IMG/VR virus record: IMGVR_UViG_3300048926_000317
Location: 1 to 64,000 of that record
DNA length: 64,000 nucleotides
Reading direction: 5' to 3' (one strand)
Origin: a virus
Lineage: Duplodnaviria; Caudoviricetes
Shown here: piece by piece, positions 40,883 through 53,951 of the stretch
Numbering within the stretch: position 1 is the first letter of the stretch
Layout: the number at the start of each line of letters is the position of its first letter
Made by a program: the position numbers and the translations under genes
The notes under the pieces: model-generated
Told to the model about the DNA's origin: nothing
The model's input: the letters and a program-made list of their open reading frames with translations, nothing else
Database searches by the model: none

Positions 40883-43693
40883 ATGAAAACTAACAAATAC
40901 AATTATTTAAAAGTTATACAACAACATTTTGGTCAAGGATGGGAAGATGTAAGCGAATATGAAACGGATAGTACGGGAACTGTCACAGAAATGAGTGATA
41001 AATTTAGAACGCTTAAATCAGGCAGACAAATTAAAATAACTTTATTATCTCATGATTTAAGAGAATATAAAACCTTAGGCTATCCAACTAGGGTAATCAG
41101 AAGAAAAGAATTAAAACAATGTTAAGTACAGGGGCCGACCAAAATGGCCTATAGAAAGAATTTTACATTACATTTATTTATCAATATTAATATCATATAT
41201 AATTTACATTTCAATAAAAAAATAATAATCATGAACCACAAAACTACATCACAAGAAACAAAGCTATTTAAATTGGCATTAACGGTAACTTTATTTGCAT
41301 TCGCATTATTTGTAAGCATAGTAATTTACACTAGTAATACATCTGAGCAATTCACAAACAAGAAATTTTCCTTTCCGGAAGAAATAAGCGAAGCCAGAGC
41401 TGGAAGCTTATTAAAAGTTGAAAGAGTAACCGAAGACAGTATTTATTTAGGATTTAAACATTAATATTATGAAACCACAATTTAAAATTATTAAAGCAAC
41501 TCATTTAACACCTTTAGATAGGAAATTAATAAATACATCTATTGCAAACAATTTGCAGGACGTAAGCACACAACAAAAACGTTTTAATATAATTTGTCAA
41601 GATGCAGAAGGAATAATAAAAGCATATTTATACAGCTTTGAAGTCGGGATAGGAATTAACAGTAGGAAGGAATGGAGAAAAAGAGAGATTCAATTTAAAA
41701 TATTAAATTCTTAGATCATGGATAAAGACAGAGCATTTACAGAAATTCAATCAATTTTAGGACATACTAAAAACCAAAATTTAACATACGAAGAGCAAAT
41801 AAAACTAATTAGAGAGGTTTTACAATCCCTAAGCGCCTACGATTATCAAAGAGGATTCAAAAATGGGATGAATATATCCGCATCTTTAATCACTGATTTT
41901 ATTAAAAAAGAATTATCATAAAAAAAATACCATTCGGTATGTTTTTAATTACAAAACATTAACCCCATGAACAAAGTATATATATTACAAGAAAACAGCA
42001 CACGAGACGGTTTAAATTTTGACTATTTCTGCAAAGATAAAGACAGTCTTCGAGAATTAGCTATAAAAACATTTAAAAATAGATTTATATACCCTGATAA
42101 CATCAAAGTTAAAAGCTTTAAATTTAACGATATTGGAGATATTCAGATTGAATACTTTGACAAAGACACAAACGAGACAGATTTTTTCAAAAATTACTCT
42201 TACATAAAAATAACCGTAAAATAATAACCATGAGATCAATCGAATATTTAGCACAATTATTTCCTGAGAAAACAGGAAAAGAACTTTTTAAAATTCAAAA
42301 GGAAGACAAACAACAGGATGAATTTGAATTACAAGAAGCCAACAAAGAAAAAATTAGTATAGTTGAGGATATTAATAAAAATGGTGGTTATTATCGTGGC
42401 GCATTTGGAACAGATCAGTATTATATGTATAATATTACCAAAATTGATATCGAAAGGAATAATCGTCAAATATATTGTGAGGTGGAAAGAATTACTTTAT
42501 TTGATTCTCAGAATATCAATAAAGGCTCTGTTTTATCTGGCGAAAGCATAAACTTTGAAATAAGACAGAAAGAATCTGTTAAATTCGAAGATATTACCCT
42601 AATGACAACGCGAATCACTGAGGAAGAATATAACGAACTTAAAAATTACCTATTTGGTGTAGTACCTAAATTTTTCAAAGAGGAATGGAATTTAAGACAA
42701 AAGGAATTTGGAAAATCGAAAAAACAATGAAAAATACAGATAATGCAAGCGATCTTCCAGTAATGAAAAATCATTGTAAAACCTGCCCATTTAAATTAAA
42801 TTCAGAAGGGAAATGGCAAAATTTTGAATTAGCCAATTCAGTTATAAATAGAACTATTTTTAAAGGCTCACAAATATGTCACGGAACTGAAGGTAAAAAC
42901 CGAAAGCCTAAAAATAGATGTAAAGGAGCATTTGAATATAATGAGACCATTTATAAAAGAATTGTGAAAATTGAATTGCAATAACCAAACAATAACGAAA
43001 CGCCAAAAAATAAAATTATGAACATTTATTTAATTACTCAGAATGTAAATACAGGCTGGGACACTTATGATGCAATGGTAGTTGTTGCAGAAACTAAAGA
43101 AAGAGCTAAAATATTGACTCTAGAAGACCGGGATGATCACATTCTAACTTGGACTAAATTTGAACATCTAGAATGTACTTTATTAGGCAAAGCTGTAAAG
43201 GGTAGTGAAGAAAAAATAGTCTTCCAATCGTTCAATGCAGGATAAAATAAAATAACCAATATCGAAAGGTTTAAACAATTAAAATATGAGAGATCACACA
43301 GGATGCATACGAGGATATTACAGAGGTACAAAAGCTTACTATGCTAAAAATTTACAAGACGATAATTTAAACGTTATGTTTGGCATGTATCATCCAGAAG
43401 GAGGGAGTTCCGGCGAAATGAAAATGGAGTGGGTTGATATTGGATCTAAAAAAACTCCACAGCTTCAGGTATTCGATGACGCGTGGGATGCTTTAGGGTT
43501 ATTCCTGGATTTAATTCAGCAATTAGCTCAAAGGGATGATCAAAATATTACTGACGATGAATTTTGTCTAATTTTAGATAGACTAGGATTTAAGGACTTA
43601 ACAGAGTACAATGATCCTAATTTGCAAGAAGACAAAATCAGTCAAATAGACATTCAAGAAAGTAAAGCCCGTAAAATGGGGTTAATAAAATAA
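40883..43693 (+). CDS. Cluster of nine early hypothetical proteins
   Basis: 40883-41125, 41231-41464, 41469-, 41718-, 41967-, 42230-, 42728-42984 (CxxCPF), 43018-, 43286-43693. Confidence 0.7.
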
Positions 43694-43708
43694 TTAAAAT
43701 CAATAACA

Positions 43709-44161
43709 ATGAAAAAACTTATCATTACATTACTATTTCCTACACTTGCTTTTAGCCAGGTTGGAATAAAAACTTCAATGCCGACTGAAACATTAGATGT
43801 TAACGGTACTCTAAGAGTTCGAAATACCCCCAACGGACTACCAACAGACAGCTTACTCGTTATCCGTAATGGAGTTATTAGGAAAATTGAAATGCCAGCT
43901 AATAATAGCTCACAATCGCCTGGGACATGCCCTAACTTTTTAAAGGCATCAAGCCATCCCTATTATTTAGTTTTTACTTCTAATGGGCCGATTCAAAATC
44001 CGAATAACCCAATTGTAATTTCGGGAAGCACTTTTAATAGTTCAGGCACTTGGACCACTGGAAATATTTATTATTATTCCTATACCAGAATAAACGCCGG
44101 AGGATTTAATATTAATAACTTCACAGTACAATTTGGCAATTTAACTTGTGTTTATAATTAA
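43709..44161 (+). CDS. Secreted host-like protein with a QVGIxT..P..TLDVNG motif
   Basis: Sec signal MKKLIITLLFPTLAFS/Q, then QVGIKTSMPTETLDVNGTLRVRN, as in expanded Chryseobacterium/Flavobacterium surface protein families. Confidence 0.75.
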   Translation: MKKLIITLLFPTLAFSQVGIKTSMPTETLDVNGTLRVRNTPNGLPTDSLLVIRNGVIRKIEMPANNSSQSPGTCPNFLKASSHPYYLVFTSNGPIQNPNNPIVISGSTFNSSGTWTTGNIYYYSYTRINAGGFNINNFTVQFGNLTCVYN

Positions 44162-46823
44162 ACAAAACTTAAAAATTATGTATAAAAATTGTAAAGTAGT
44201 TATGTTAGCTACTGAAAAAGTAGGAGCTAAAGACGGAAGTCATGAAGCAGGTCAGGAAGTTATAGAGAATTATACACAATCTTTATTAAAAAGTTTATTA
44301 TGGTCACATAAAGGTAGAAATCTATATTATAATCAAAATAATCCTAATGATTTGGATGATGAAATAAGATGCCATATATACATACTTAATGATGAAGAAA
44401 TTAAAGAAGGTGATTATTTTATATCAGGAAGAATAATACATCAATATAAAGGAGAAACATTACCTGAATTGAAACAAGGTTATAGGAAAATTATAGCTAC
44501 AACTGATACTTCATTATCTCAGACTAGTAGAAAAGAAATACCACAACCTTCTCAAAGCTTTATCAAAAAGTATATTGAAGAGTATAACAAAGGTTCAGTA
44601 ATTGAAAATGTACTGGTTGAGTATGAAAAAGAATATCAAGTGGAACATTTTCATAATGAAAAAAGGCAATGGATAAAAGATCCTATTACATTTATTGAAA
44701 CTAATAAGCATTGGTTTAAAATACAAGATAAATCAAGAGAAGTATTAAAAGTAGACTCAGACAATACTATTACTATCAAAAAAATAAAAGAAATTTATAG
44801 TAGAGAAGAAATTCTAAGTATAGTGATAGATTCAATGTATTTTGGAGCAGGGCATGGAAGTGAACTAACTTCTGAAATAATTAAAAAATGGATAAAAGAC
44901 AATTTATAACTAATATGTAATATTAATTTTTATAATATGTTTTTATATTGGATGGAAATTAAACAAAAACAGGAAACATGCTAAACGAAAAATACTTTAA
45001 GAAAATACTAAAACTTATAGCCAAATATGAAAGTTGTTTAGATGGTTATAGAGTAAGAATGTCTAAAGATCAGGCTGATATAAAACTATCATACAAAGAC
45101 TATAAAGAAAGTAATTGGATAGTAGAATGCGGCAACATTCAATCAGTCTATGCGTCTATTCAACAAGAACTAGCAGTTAAATATCCACAATAAGATGAAA
45201 GGCGAATTTGAACAGGGCTGTAATAGGAAAAGTTGTACTAACATGATTTCAGATTGGTATAACCATAGTAATAAGAAATACTATTGTGTGAAATGCGCAA
45301 ATGCTATTAACAAATTCAACCAAGAATTTAAAGCCGAACACGGATATAATTTATGTGTAAAAGTAAATAAACCAAAACTATAATGAAAACAAAAGCAGAA
45401 TTAAAAAACGAAATCGAAACATATGTACAAGAATGGATTGACGGTCACGAAGAAGATACATTTATTAAAGATGAATATGGTCTATATTGGTATACGGCAG
45501 GAGCGACATCATTAAATTTAAAAGCATATTTTGAAAGATTACTAGAAGATTTTATCGAAGATAAATTTGATGAAAATAATCATGGAAACAATTGAAGCCT
45601 GGATAAAAAAAGAACAAGAACCCCAAACTATATCTCTGTGGGGAACGATTCATCAAACTGATTTTGTTCCTGAGTTGTGTTCAACTATAGACGGCGATGG
45701 TCAGCAATTAATTTACTTTGGAACAATTAACCAAAGACCTAAATATTGGTTAATGCAAATTGATTCAAAGCACAATATAGAAGATAATAATTTTGATATT
45801 GAAAAAATTGTAATTGAAAATTTAATTAATGATTTTGGAATGACAGAATGGATTGGTGAAGATGAATTTGATAAATTTAAAAATACACTTTATAACGAAT
45901 ATGAAAATTATGAGGAATATATGTCTGAATGGCATGAGTATCCAAGACTTAATTTAGAAGGGTATCATTGGGGATTAATAGCAAATACAGTAACAGGCGA
46001 AACAGAATAAAATAAATAAAATCATGAACCTAAAAGAAAAAAAATCAAAAGTAGCAATTTGTGAAAGATGTCAAAAATATACATTAGCATCACATACAGA
46101 TTATATCACAAATAAAACGGAAAAAGAATTTACTGAATTAGCCAATATTGGATTTACAGTGAAAATTGAAACACTAGAAGAAACTCAACAACGAGGATAT
46201 TCCTATTGGGAAGACTGTATTAATGCAAAATGTGAAACCAAAAACAAATAATTATGGAAAATAAAAAAGTTACTCGAAAAGACTTAACGGTTGTAAAAGG
46301 GAAAATAGAAGTAGACACACTTATTATAGATTCTAAAAAAATAAATTTAACACCTATTCCACATACAAATATTGAATCCTACATTACTCATAGAGATTGT
46401 GAAGAATGCGGGGTTGAATTTCAAAAGCAATATACTTATGATAGATTTTGTAATGACTGTAGTAATAAAATAAGAAAAGACAAATATATGAAACTTGAAT
46501 TGGTTGAATGGAATGGTGAAGATGCGTTAAATATTTACAATGATGATCAATATTTTTTTGACTTGGAAGAAGTTCTAGAATATTGCGATGAAAATGAGAT
46601 TGAATTAAAAAATCTACAATTAGTCACCACATATAGAACCTCATTTTCACCTATTGATTGGGAAACCATCGAACAAGACCAAACGCATGAAGATTGGGAA
46701 CCATCAGACGAATTTAAATCTAAAGTAGATGAATTTAATAAATGGCTCACTTCACAAAGCACAAGTACATGGATGCCGACAAACAAAAGAGTAGATATAA
46801 GTAAATATTTAACACAAAAATAA
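44148..46823 (+). CDS. Cluster of seven hypothetical proteins
   Basis: ORF track; several with CxxC motifs. Confidence 0.7.
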
Positions 46824-46825
46824 TC

Positions 46826-47266
46826 ATGGAAAATTTTAAATTACGAATGTGGAATCCAGCAGGTAAAAAATATTTATACGATATAGATAATGTTTTTGAA
46901 TGCTTAAAGCAGCAACATAAATTTGACGGCACAATGCCAGATCGTGGATTTGTAAACGAATGGGATCATAGAAATGAGGGAATGAAATGGGAAATGTATT
47001 CAGAATTTGAAGACTCCCTTAAAAAACAAATATGTGAAGGAGACATAGTACATCATTATAGGTTTTTAGCGGACCAATCCGGATTTATAGGCGTGGTCTG
47101 TTTTAAGGATGGGCAGTTTATTATTGAGCCAACAATAAATATATTACCAACTTCTTTAGCGGGACACCTAGATAGGATAAAAATAATTGGAAATATCAAT
47201 GAGAATCCAGAATATATGCTCCCTGAAAATAGAGTAAATATTCCAAAAGGTATTTTCCCAAAATAA
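46826..47266 (+). CDS. YopX family protein
   Basis: FKLRMWN, ICEGDIV and IIGNINENPEY. Confidence 0.8.
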   Translation: MENFKLRMWNPAGKKYLYDIDNVFECLKQQHKFDGTMPDRGFVNEWDHRNEGMKWEMYSEFEDSLKKQICEGDIVHHYRFLADQSGFIGVVCFKDGQFIIEPTINILPTSLAGHLDRIKIIGNINENPEYMLPENRVNIPKGIFPK

Positions 47267-47273
47267 ATACAAA

Positions 47274-48266
47274 ATGAATACTTTAACCTTAACTAAAAAC
47301 GAAATACTAAACCCGCAAGTAAATTTTGAGTATTTCACAGATTTTGCAAGGAATTTCGTAACTAAAATAGAGTCCGGAGAAATCCTAACTAAAAAGAAAG
47401 TTAGGTTCTCAAAAGACACTATCCGGCAGTACAATGTATCAATAGATCACTTTGAAGAATTTGAGAAAAAGCTTGATTCTAAAATTCGCGTTCACGAAAT
47501 TAATAAACGTCTTTTAGAAGCCTTTGAAAAATATTTGTATAATAATGGGTTACTTTTCAACAGTGTCTACTTATACATATCTAAAATCAAGGCATTAGGG
47601 AATATTTTATATGATAGTGACGTGGTTCTAAAGCCCTTAAAATTTGATACCCCAAAGAAAATTACAACTCAGGTCTATTTATCGGAATCAGAACTTTCAG
47701 CAATGAGAAACTGCAACAAACTAACTCCTTCAGAAAAAAAGGTTTTAGATGTGTTTTTGATTCAATGTTTTACAGGACTTCGTTATAGTACTTTAATTCA
47801 ATTTCTATCAAACCCGATAGCTTATTTACAACAAAATGGAGACAAAACTTTTATTAGTATAGTATCAAAAAAGACCGTAGAAGAATCTTGCATCCCCTTA
47901 TCAAAAATTGTTTTCGAAATACTCAACAAATATGAATTTAAGTTTGATTTAAAAAGTGAAGAGTATGTTAACCGGACAATTAAGAAAATAGCAGGAAAAG
48001 CAGGTATTACAAACCCAATAGCAATACAAGTCACTCGGAATTCAAAAACCGAAACAGTAATTGTTCCTAAAAATAAATTGATTAAAACCCATACCTGTAG
48101 ACGTGTTTTTATAACTCTTGCCAAAATGTATATCAATGACAATGAAGCAATCAGAACAATGTCTGGGCATGCTACAGAAGCCCAAATGAATTTGTATTCG
48201 AGAGCGAGTAAGCTAGAAAAAGTAAATAACATTTTCGACAACCAATTTTTCAACCTAACAATTTAA
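47274..48266 (+). CDS. Tyrosine recombinase (SAM-like core-binding plus catalytic domain; no arm-binding domain)
   Basis: Full catalytic set: R (TGLRYS), K (KKT), HxxR (HTCRR), H (SGHA), Y (NLYS). Confidence 0.9.
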   Translation: MNTLTLTKNEILNPQVNFEYFTDFARNFVTKIESGEILTKKKVRFSKDTIRQYNVSIDHFEEFEKKLDSKIRVHEINKRLLEAFEKYLYNNGLLFNSVYLYISKIKALGNILYDSDVVLKPLKFDTPKKITTQVYLSESELSAMRNCNKLTPSEKKVLDVFLIQCFTGLRYSTLIQFLSNPIAYLQQNGDKTFISIVSKKTVEESCIPLSKIVFEILNKYEFKFDLKSEEYVNRTIKKIAGKAGITNPIAIQVTRNSKTETVIVPKNKLIKTHTCRRVFITLAKMYINDNEAIRTMSGHATEAQMNLYSRASKLEKVNNIFDNQFFNLTI

Positions 48267-48268
48267 TA

Positions 48269-51200
48269 ATGAAAGAAAAGATAAAATTATTGTATTCCAC
48301 CTGCAAGGCAGGAGTTTTAATATCTATCAATGAACATAGAAATTATTATGAGACAATAGAAGAAAATATTGGGAATAAATTAGATGGTATAAATCCTGCC
48401 GTTTTATGCAAAATGAAAGAACTTGATACTTTAATTGTAATTCAATTTTACCCAGATATACCAATTGGCTTTTATTTAGTTTATCATTATGATTTGGAAT
48501 TAGCAATTGACGAAACTTTAGAATTATTAAAATCTAAAAAATAAAACCATGGATAAAAATATAAAAGCTGTATTAGAAATACGGAAACGTGAAGATTATC
48601 ATTTTGAAAGAGCGCAATTTTGCCGTGATCACAACATGTCTCTAGAAGCCCTATTTCATCAACAAATTGAACAGGAGTTAAGACGCATTGCATCTAAAAT
48701 TGAAGACATACTTGATACAGGCTACGTTTCACTTGAAAAATATAACTCATGAAAGCAATCCAAATAGGCAGTACGGAAGTAATTCTGCAGAACTACGAAA
48801 TAAACCAAGGAAAGATTATTATTTCAGATTTATACAATGGTAGTTACTCTTATTATTGGGGATCAATGGGAGGAACTTTAGAAGAGTTCATAAAATCTAC
48901 AAGCCCTGATTATTTTGCAGGAAAACTTTGCGTAGATCAATATGTATTTTCAGGAAAATCTACAGCAAAAGCAATTCGTAGATATATTAAACACAACATG
49001 ACGTATGATTTGCCTTGGTATAAATATATGCCAGCTCAAAAAGAATTACGAGAAGCTATAAAACAAATTGAGAGATGTGAAGATAAGCACGACGCACTAC
49101 ATCAAATTGAAAGGTTTAAAGATATTTATACAATTGGTATGTCATTTCAAGAAGATGACGACTTTAAGGACATAATGGAATCACATTTCAATTGTGATCC
49201 GTGGCATTTTTTGGAGACTGAACCTTCACCATCTTATAAATTTTTAGTCAAATTACATAAACAATTAAAAATGAAACTATGAAATCACTAATTTTAAACC
49301 TTAAAAAAAAATTACTCATTATAGATTATGAAACAGAAGAAAAATTTGATCAGGCATGGCATTCATATTCAATTCCCTGTATATTTACATTCCATACAGA
49401 CGGGAGTCGGGTAAAACCATTATTTAATGGCTTAGAATTAACTGAAAAATATGTAGAAGATTTAGTATTTAGATCTAAAATAGGAAACTATAAAGACTAC
49501 AATTACAAAGAAGGAACTTTAGATTTTGCCCTTTTAGACGCTTTATTACAAATGAAATTTAAAACACCTACGGAATCTTTTATATCAGCAATTGAATCAC
49601 TAGGATGGCATTGGTTATTAAATCCTTTAGGAGAATATAGATGCGAATCTGGATACAATGGAAAACTTAAAAATTCATGTATTGATAGTTGTCAAGGATC
49701 TTGTTGGGATATCGATTCTGATGAATGGGAAGAAGCCGAATCTAAAACATTAAGATTCCCTATAATTTTTGAAATACTAAAATAAATGGCAACTAAATTT
49801 ATTTATATTTCCACTGAAGAAGAAATGCCAGAGTATGGAACTCATATTGTAATAAGCTATGATGGTCAATTACTCCTAAGCCGGTATAATAAATACTCAA
49901 CAGAAGAGTGGTTTAAATCAAACTATAAATTTTGGTTGAAAGAAGTTACCGATGTTGAAATTGAGTTGAAGGAACTGCTAAAAGAAACGCATTCAATGCT
50001 AGAAAACTCAATAGAGTCTCTAACCTCAGCCAAACAAAAAATAGAATACTACCAAGAACAACTAAAAACAATAAGAGAAAATGGAAACGAAATTCAAAAA
50101 AGTAATGACAAGTGAGAGAATTCCGGAAACAGAATCTTTTTACTTCGTTAAAAAAAAAGGGATGAGTGAAAATTCAGGCTATTATTTCATACCTACAAAT
50201 AGATGGAACGTAGAACAATTCAAAGATGATATAGAATGCTGGTACGAAGAATATGAATGTCGAGAAGAACAATTAACTATCTTACTACAAGACGCTATCA
50301 ACCTTATTAATGAATTACCACACGATTCTAAACTACAAGAAACACGCGGAAACCTTTGTATGAACGCTCAATCATTAATTTTTGAAATTAAAAATAACGC
50401 CCCAAATATACTAGATTGAAAAATAATTAAAAATATTTTAAATTAACGCTTGTTTTTATATATTAAATATATATCTTTATGACATAAAAATAACTTTTTA
50501 ACAAAATAACCTAAGCAAGTCATTAAAAGGCTTTTTAAATATGGAAAATACAATAGAAAATAAAGCAAAGTTTTTCGCTCAATATTGGGGGCAAAAAGTA
50601 TTAACAAGACCAGAATCAGCTAATAGGAAATTGATTCTAGGTGATGAAGTATCTATACAGTCTGCTCTTTCAAAATTCGGGTATAATTATAAGTACTTCT
50701 TAGAACTCAAACCCCTTTCATTAATTACAGATGAGCAAGCTTTTGAAATAGCAAAAATTCTTAAAGTAGAATTAAATCCTAAAAATGTTATAGAATTCAT
50801 TCATATTTCAATTAAAAAATACATCGAAAATGATTATAAAGGAATTGATTCTCATGTTTTAGATTTTCTTCGATCAAAAGGCTACGCATTACCATACATG
50901 AGTCTTTCAGTTGAAAAGCAAATAGAATACGGTTGGATAAAACTTAAATCCTAAGTATCTCACATAAATAACAAATAAACTATATGAAAGAAACTCAAAA
51001 AGGATGGGCTGTAATTCATTCATCCCATCCTCATAAAGAATTTGAAACTTTAATGCAGAAAACTTTTGCATCAACCCGCACTCAATCAATTTCTAAATTC
51101 ATGGAAGGACTATCTGAAGATTGGACATATTGGAAACGTAATTACGATTATAAGTGTGTAAAAGTTGAGTTAGCAATATCAGTAATATAAATTAAAGTCT

Positions 51201-53015
51201 GAGTAAACTATACTGCTCACATGGTTATTAGTTCCCCGGCTTTCGGGTCGGGGTTTTATTAAAACAATTAAATCAAAATATTATGGAAGCACATATAAAA
51301 TGGTGGAATAGCCTACCATATTGGAGAAAGAAAAAATTAGCCTATGATGAACAATGGACTACAGTAGAACAGATAAGTAATCATCAAATAAAAATGATTT
51401 ATGATTCTACCCAAAATTACTAAACACCCCTTAAATTATGAAAACAGTAAAAGTTACAATGACTAGAAAAGTTACTTACGAATCAGAATTAAAAGTAAGT
51501 GATGAAGATTTTGAGATTATAAAAGATCTTGACTATGATGATGTGGAAATGTATGATCGCTCTACTATCAAAGATATTGGCAATGGATTGAAAACGATAA
51601 GCACAAATACAGCTTACGAAATACTAGAAGGCGTGGATGATGTTTTCAACGAAACTGTAAGAGAAGAAACCATGTTCGATGTAACCGTAAAAGAATTATA
51701 AACACCCCTTAATTATGGAAACAAGACAAAATTTAATAGAAAAATACTACGCAGAGGATTACCAAAAAATAGCAAAAAGCGACTATGGAATTGATGAAGA
51801 CGGATTTTCAAATTTTTATGATCACGGAAATGAAACACATTTACATGGTTATGAAATATTTTCATTCAGTAGTCATAGGCTTGATGTAGTTCCAATTAGA
51901 CCCTTAGGATTAGGAAAGGCTCTAGAAGATCTGAAAAACAATAACGGGTGGATAAAAACGCCAGTAAAAGGATTTTTATCAACAGGGTTTTATTTTATTA
52001 GACTTTATGTGCCTGAAACAAATATAGAAAGTTTTATTACCCACGAAGTTAAAGAATCCGATGCCGGAATGATTGGCTATCACTACGCAACTCACTACAA
52101 AAGAATTGATTTTAAACCACCAATTTATTAATTATGAAAAGACTAGAAGAAATAATTAATTCTAAAGCCGAATTTAATAAATGGCTAAAAGAAATAACAG
52201 AATCCGAATTAGATCTAATAAAAGAAATTTCTCGCGAATATGCTGAAGAATGTTGTCAAGCATCTTTACAAAAAGCTAGTGAAAATGCAGAAGCTAGACA
52301 GGATTGGGGCGAATGTGATGTAGATGTTGACTCAATCACAAACGAATCAAACATTACACTACTATGAAAACAAAATACATTAAAGTTCCAATATCGGAAC
52401 AGCCTACAGAAAATAAAACATATTTCTGCTTAGTTGCAGACGGTCAAGCTTTACTTACTTGCCATAATAAGATATTTAATCAATACAAAGGGATTACTCA
52501 TTATTTAGTTGAAGTTCCAGATAGAGAACAAGAGATGAGAGAGCTTTTGGAAGACGTTCTGAATGAAACAAGATCTAATAACGAATTAAGTATAGACACT
52601 CAAAATGAAATAAACAAATTCTTAAATGGATCAGTACAAAATGAATCTAAACAACTACTTAACAAACAATAATACAATGGAAAATTTTAAAGGAACTAAA
52701 GGAAAATGGTCTAAACAGCAAGTAGGCAATGGAGATATAGAGATTAGTGCAAATAGTTTTAGAAATCTTGCAACTGTCAATTTTTATCCCGCTGGTTTTA
52801 GAGAGAAATACATTAATAATAAATTAACTGGATCTCCTTCACCTGACTCTTCGGAATATAGAATAGAATGTTTATACAATGCCCTACTTATCACTAAAGC
52901 ACCAGAAATTCTGGAAATGTTAAGCTTAGTTGCTGATGTTTTAGAAGATGCAGGTAAATTCGAATTTCAGAAAAGAGTGGAAAATCTAATCAAAGAAGCA
53001 ACAACACTAAAATAA
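48269..53015 (+). CDS. Large cluster of small hypothetical proteins, many paralogous
   Basis: About 14 packed ORFs from the ORF track. Shared motifs with 25.6-26.4 kb, 37.3 kb and 54-55.5 kb genes. Confidence 0.7.
51234..51258 (+). terminator. UUCG-loop terminator
   Basis: CCCCGGCT-TTCG-GGTCGGGG followed by TTTT. Confidence 0.85.
51421..51712 (+). repeat. 14-bp direct repeats flanking gene 51438-51701
   Basis: TAAACACCCCTTAA at 51421-51434 and 51699-51712. Confidence 0.85.
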
Positions 53016-53016
53016 C

Positions 53017-53050
53017 AACGCGGTAGCCGAAAAGCGTTTAGAGTAGGCAA
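53017..53050 (+). promoter_or_regulatory. Conserved hairpin/pseudoknot element, copy 1 (5' of the MTase)
   Basis: AACGC-GGTAGCCGAAAA-GCGTT-TAGAGTAGGCAA. Confidence 0.5.
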
Positions 53051-53061
53051 TAAAAATTATT

Positions 53062-53946
53062 ATGGATAATATACAGCTATATAATGAAGACAATTTAGAA
53101 GTAATGAAAAGACTTCCTGATGAAAGTATTGATGTGATCTGCATTGATCCGCCTTACTTGTATTTAAAAAATCAGAAGCTTGAAAGACCTTTTGATGAGC
53201 TTAAATTCTTTTCAGAGTGCAAAAGGCTTTTAACGAAAAACGGATTTATTGTGATGTTCGGGCGTGGTGAAAGTTTCTATCGTTGGAATACTATTTTATC
53301 TGATTTGAAATTCACATTTAAAGAGGAAATCATTTGGAATAAACGAAGACTTTCATCATTTGCTACATCTGTCGCTCGGAAGCATGAATCTATCTCAATC
53401 TATTGCAAGGGTAAAGGAAAAATTAATAGGGTCAAAATTGATTTGGTTGAGAAATATGAATTTGAGCCGAAAAAAATATTAGAGACTATTAACAGAATTA
53501 AAACCACATTTGGCAATAGGCGTACTTTTGATCTGTTAGAAAAATATTATAAAGATGGCTTTAAAAAGTTTGAAGATAATGTTCCCGGATGGGGAGTGAC
53601 AAGATCAAAATCATCAGCGAAGCATATTAATAGAACGGTTCAGTTTGCTGCAAGTTTAGAAGAGGGTGTTACGGAACAATCGATTATAGAAATAACAGGT
53701 GTTCATTATGGGACTATTCACCCAACACAAAAACCAGTACGTCTTTTAGAGCGTCTTTTAGCGTTGGTAATTCCAAAAGATAAACCGTGTGAAGAAATTG
53801 TCGTCGCTGATTTTTTTGCTGGCTCAATGTCTTGTATGGAAGCTGTACACAATATGGGAATACGAGGAATAGCAACCGAAATAGACAAAGAATATTTCGA
53901 GGGTGGAAAAGAAAGAATAGAAAAACTTAAAAACAAATTATTCTAA
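53062..53946 (+). CDS. N6-adenine/N4-cytosine DNA methyltransferase (beta class)
   Basis: Motif IV DPPY near the N-terminus, HPTQKP, and motif I DFFAGS near the C-terminus. Confidence 0.92.
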   Translation: MDNIQLYNEDNLEVMKRLPDESIDVICIDPPYLYLKNQKLERPFDELKFFSECKRLLTKNGFIVMFGRGESFYRWNTILSDLKFTFKEEIIWNKRRLSSFATSVARKHESISIYCKGKGKINRVKIDLVEKYEFEPKKILETINRIKTTFGNRRTFDLLEKYYKDGFKKFEDNVPGWGVTRSKSSAKHINRTVQFAASLEEGVTEQSIIEITGVHYGTIHPTQKPVRLLERLLALVIPKDKPCEEIVVADFFAGSMSCMEAVHNMGIRGIATEIDKEYFEGGKERIEKLKNKLF

Positions 53947-53951
53947 AATAA

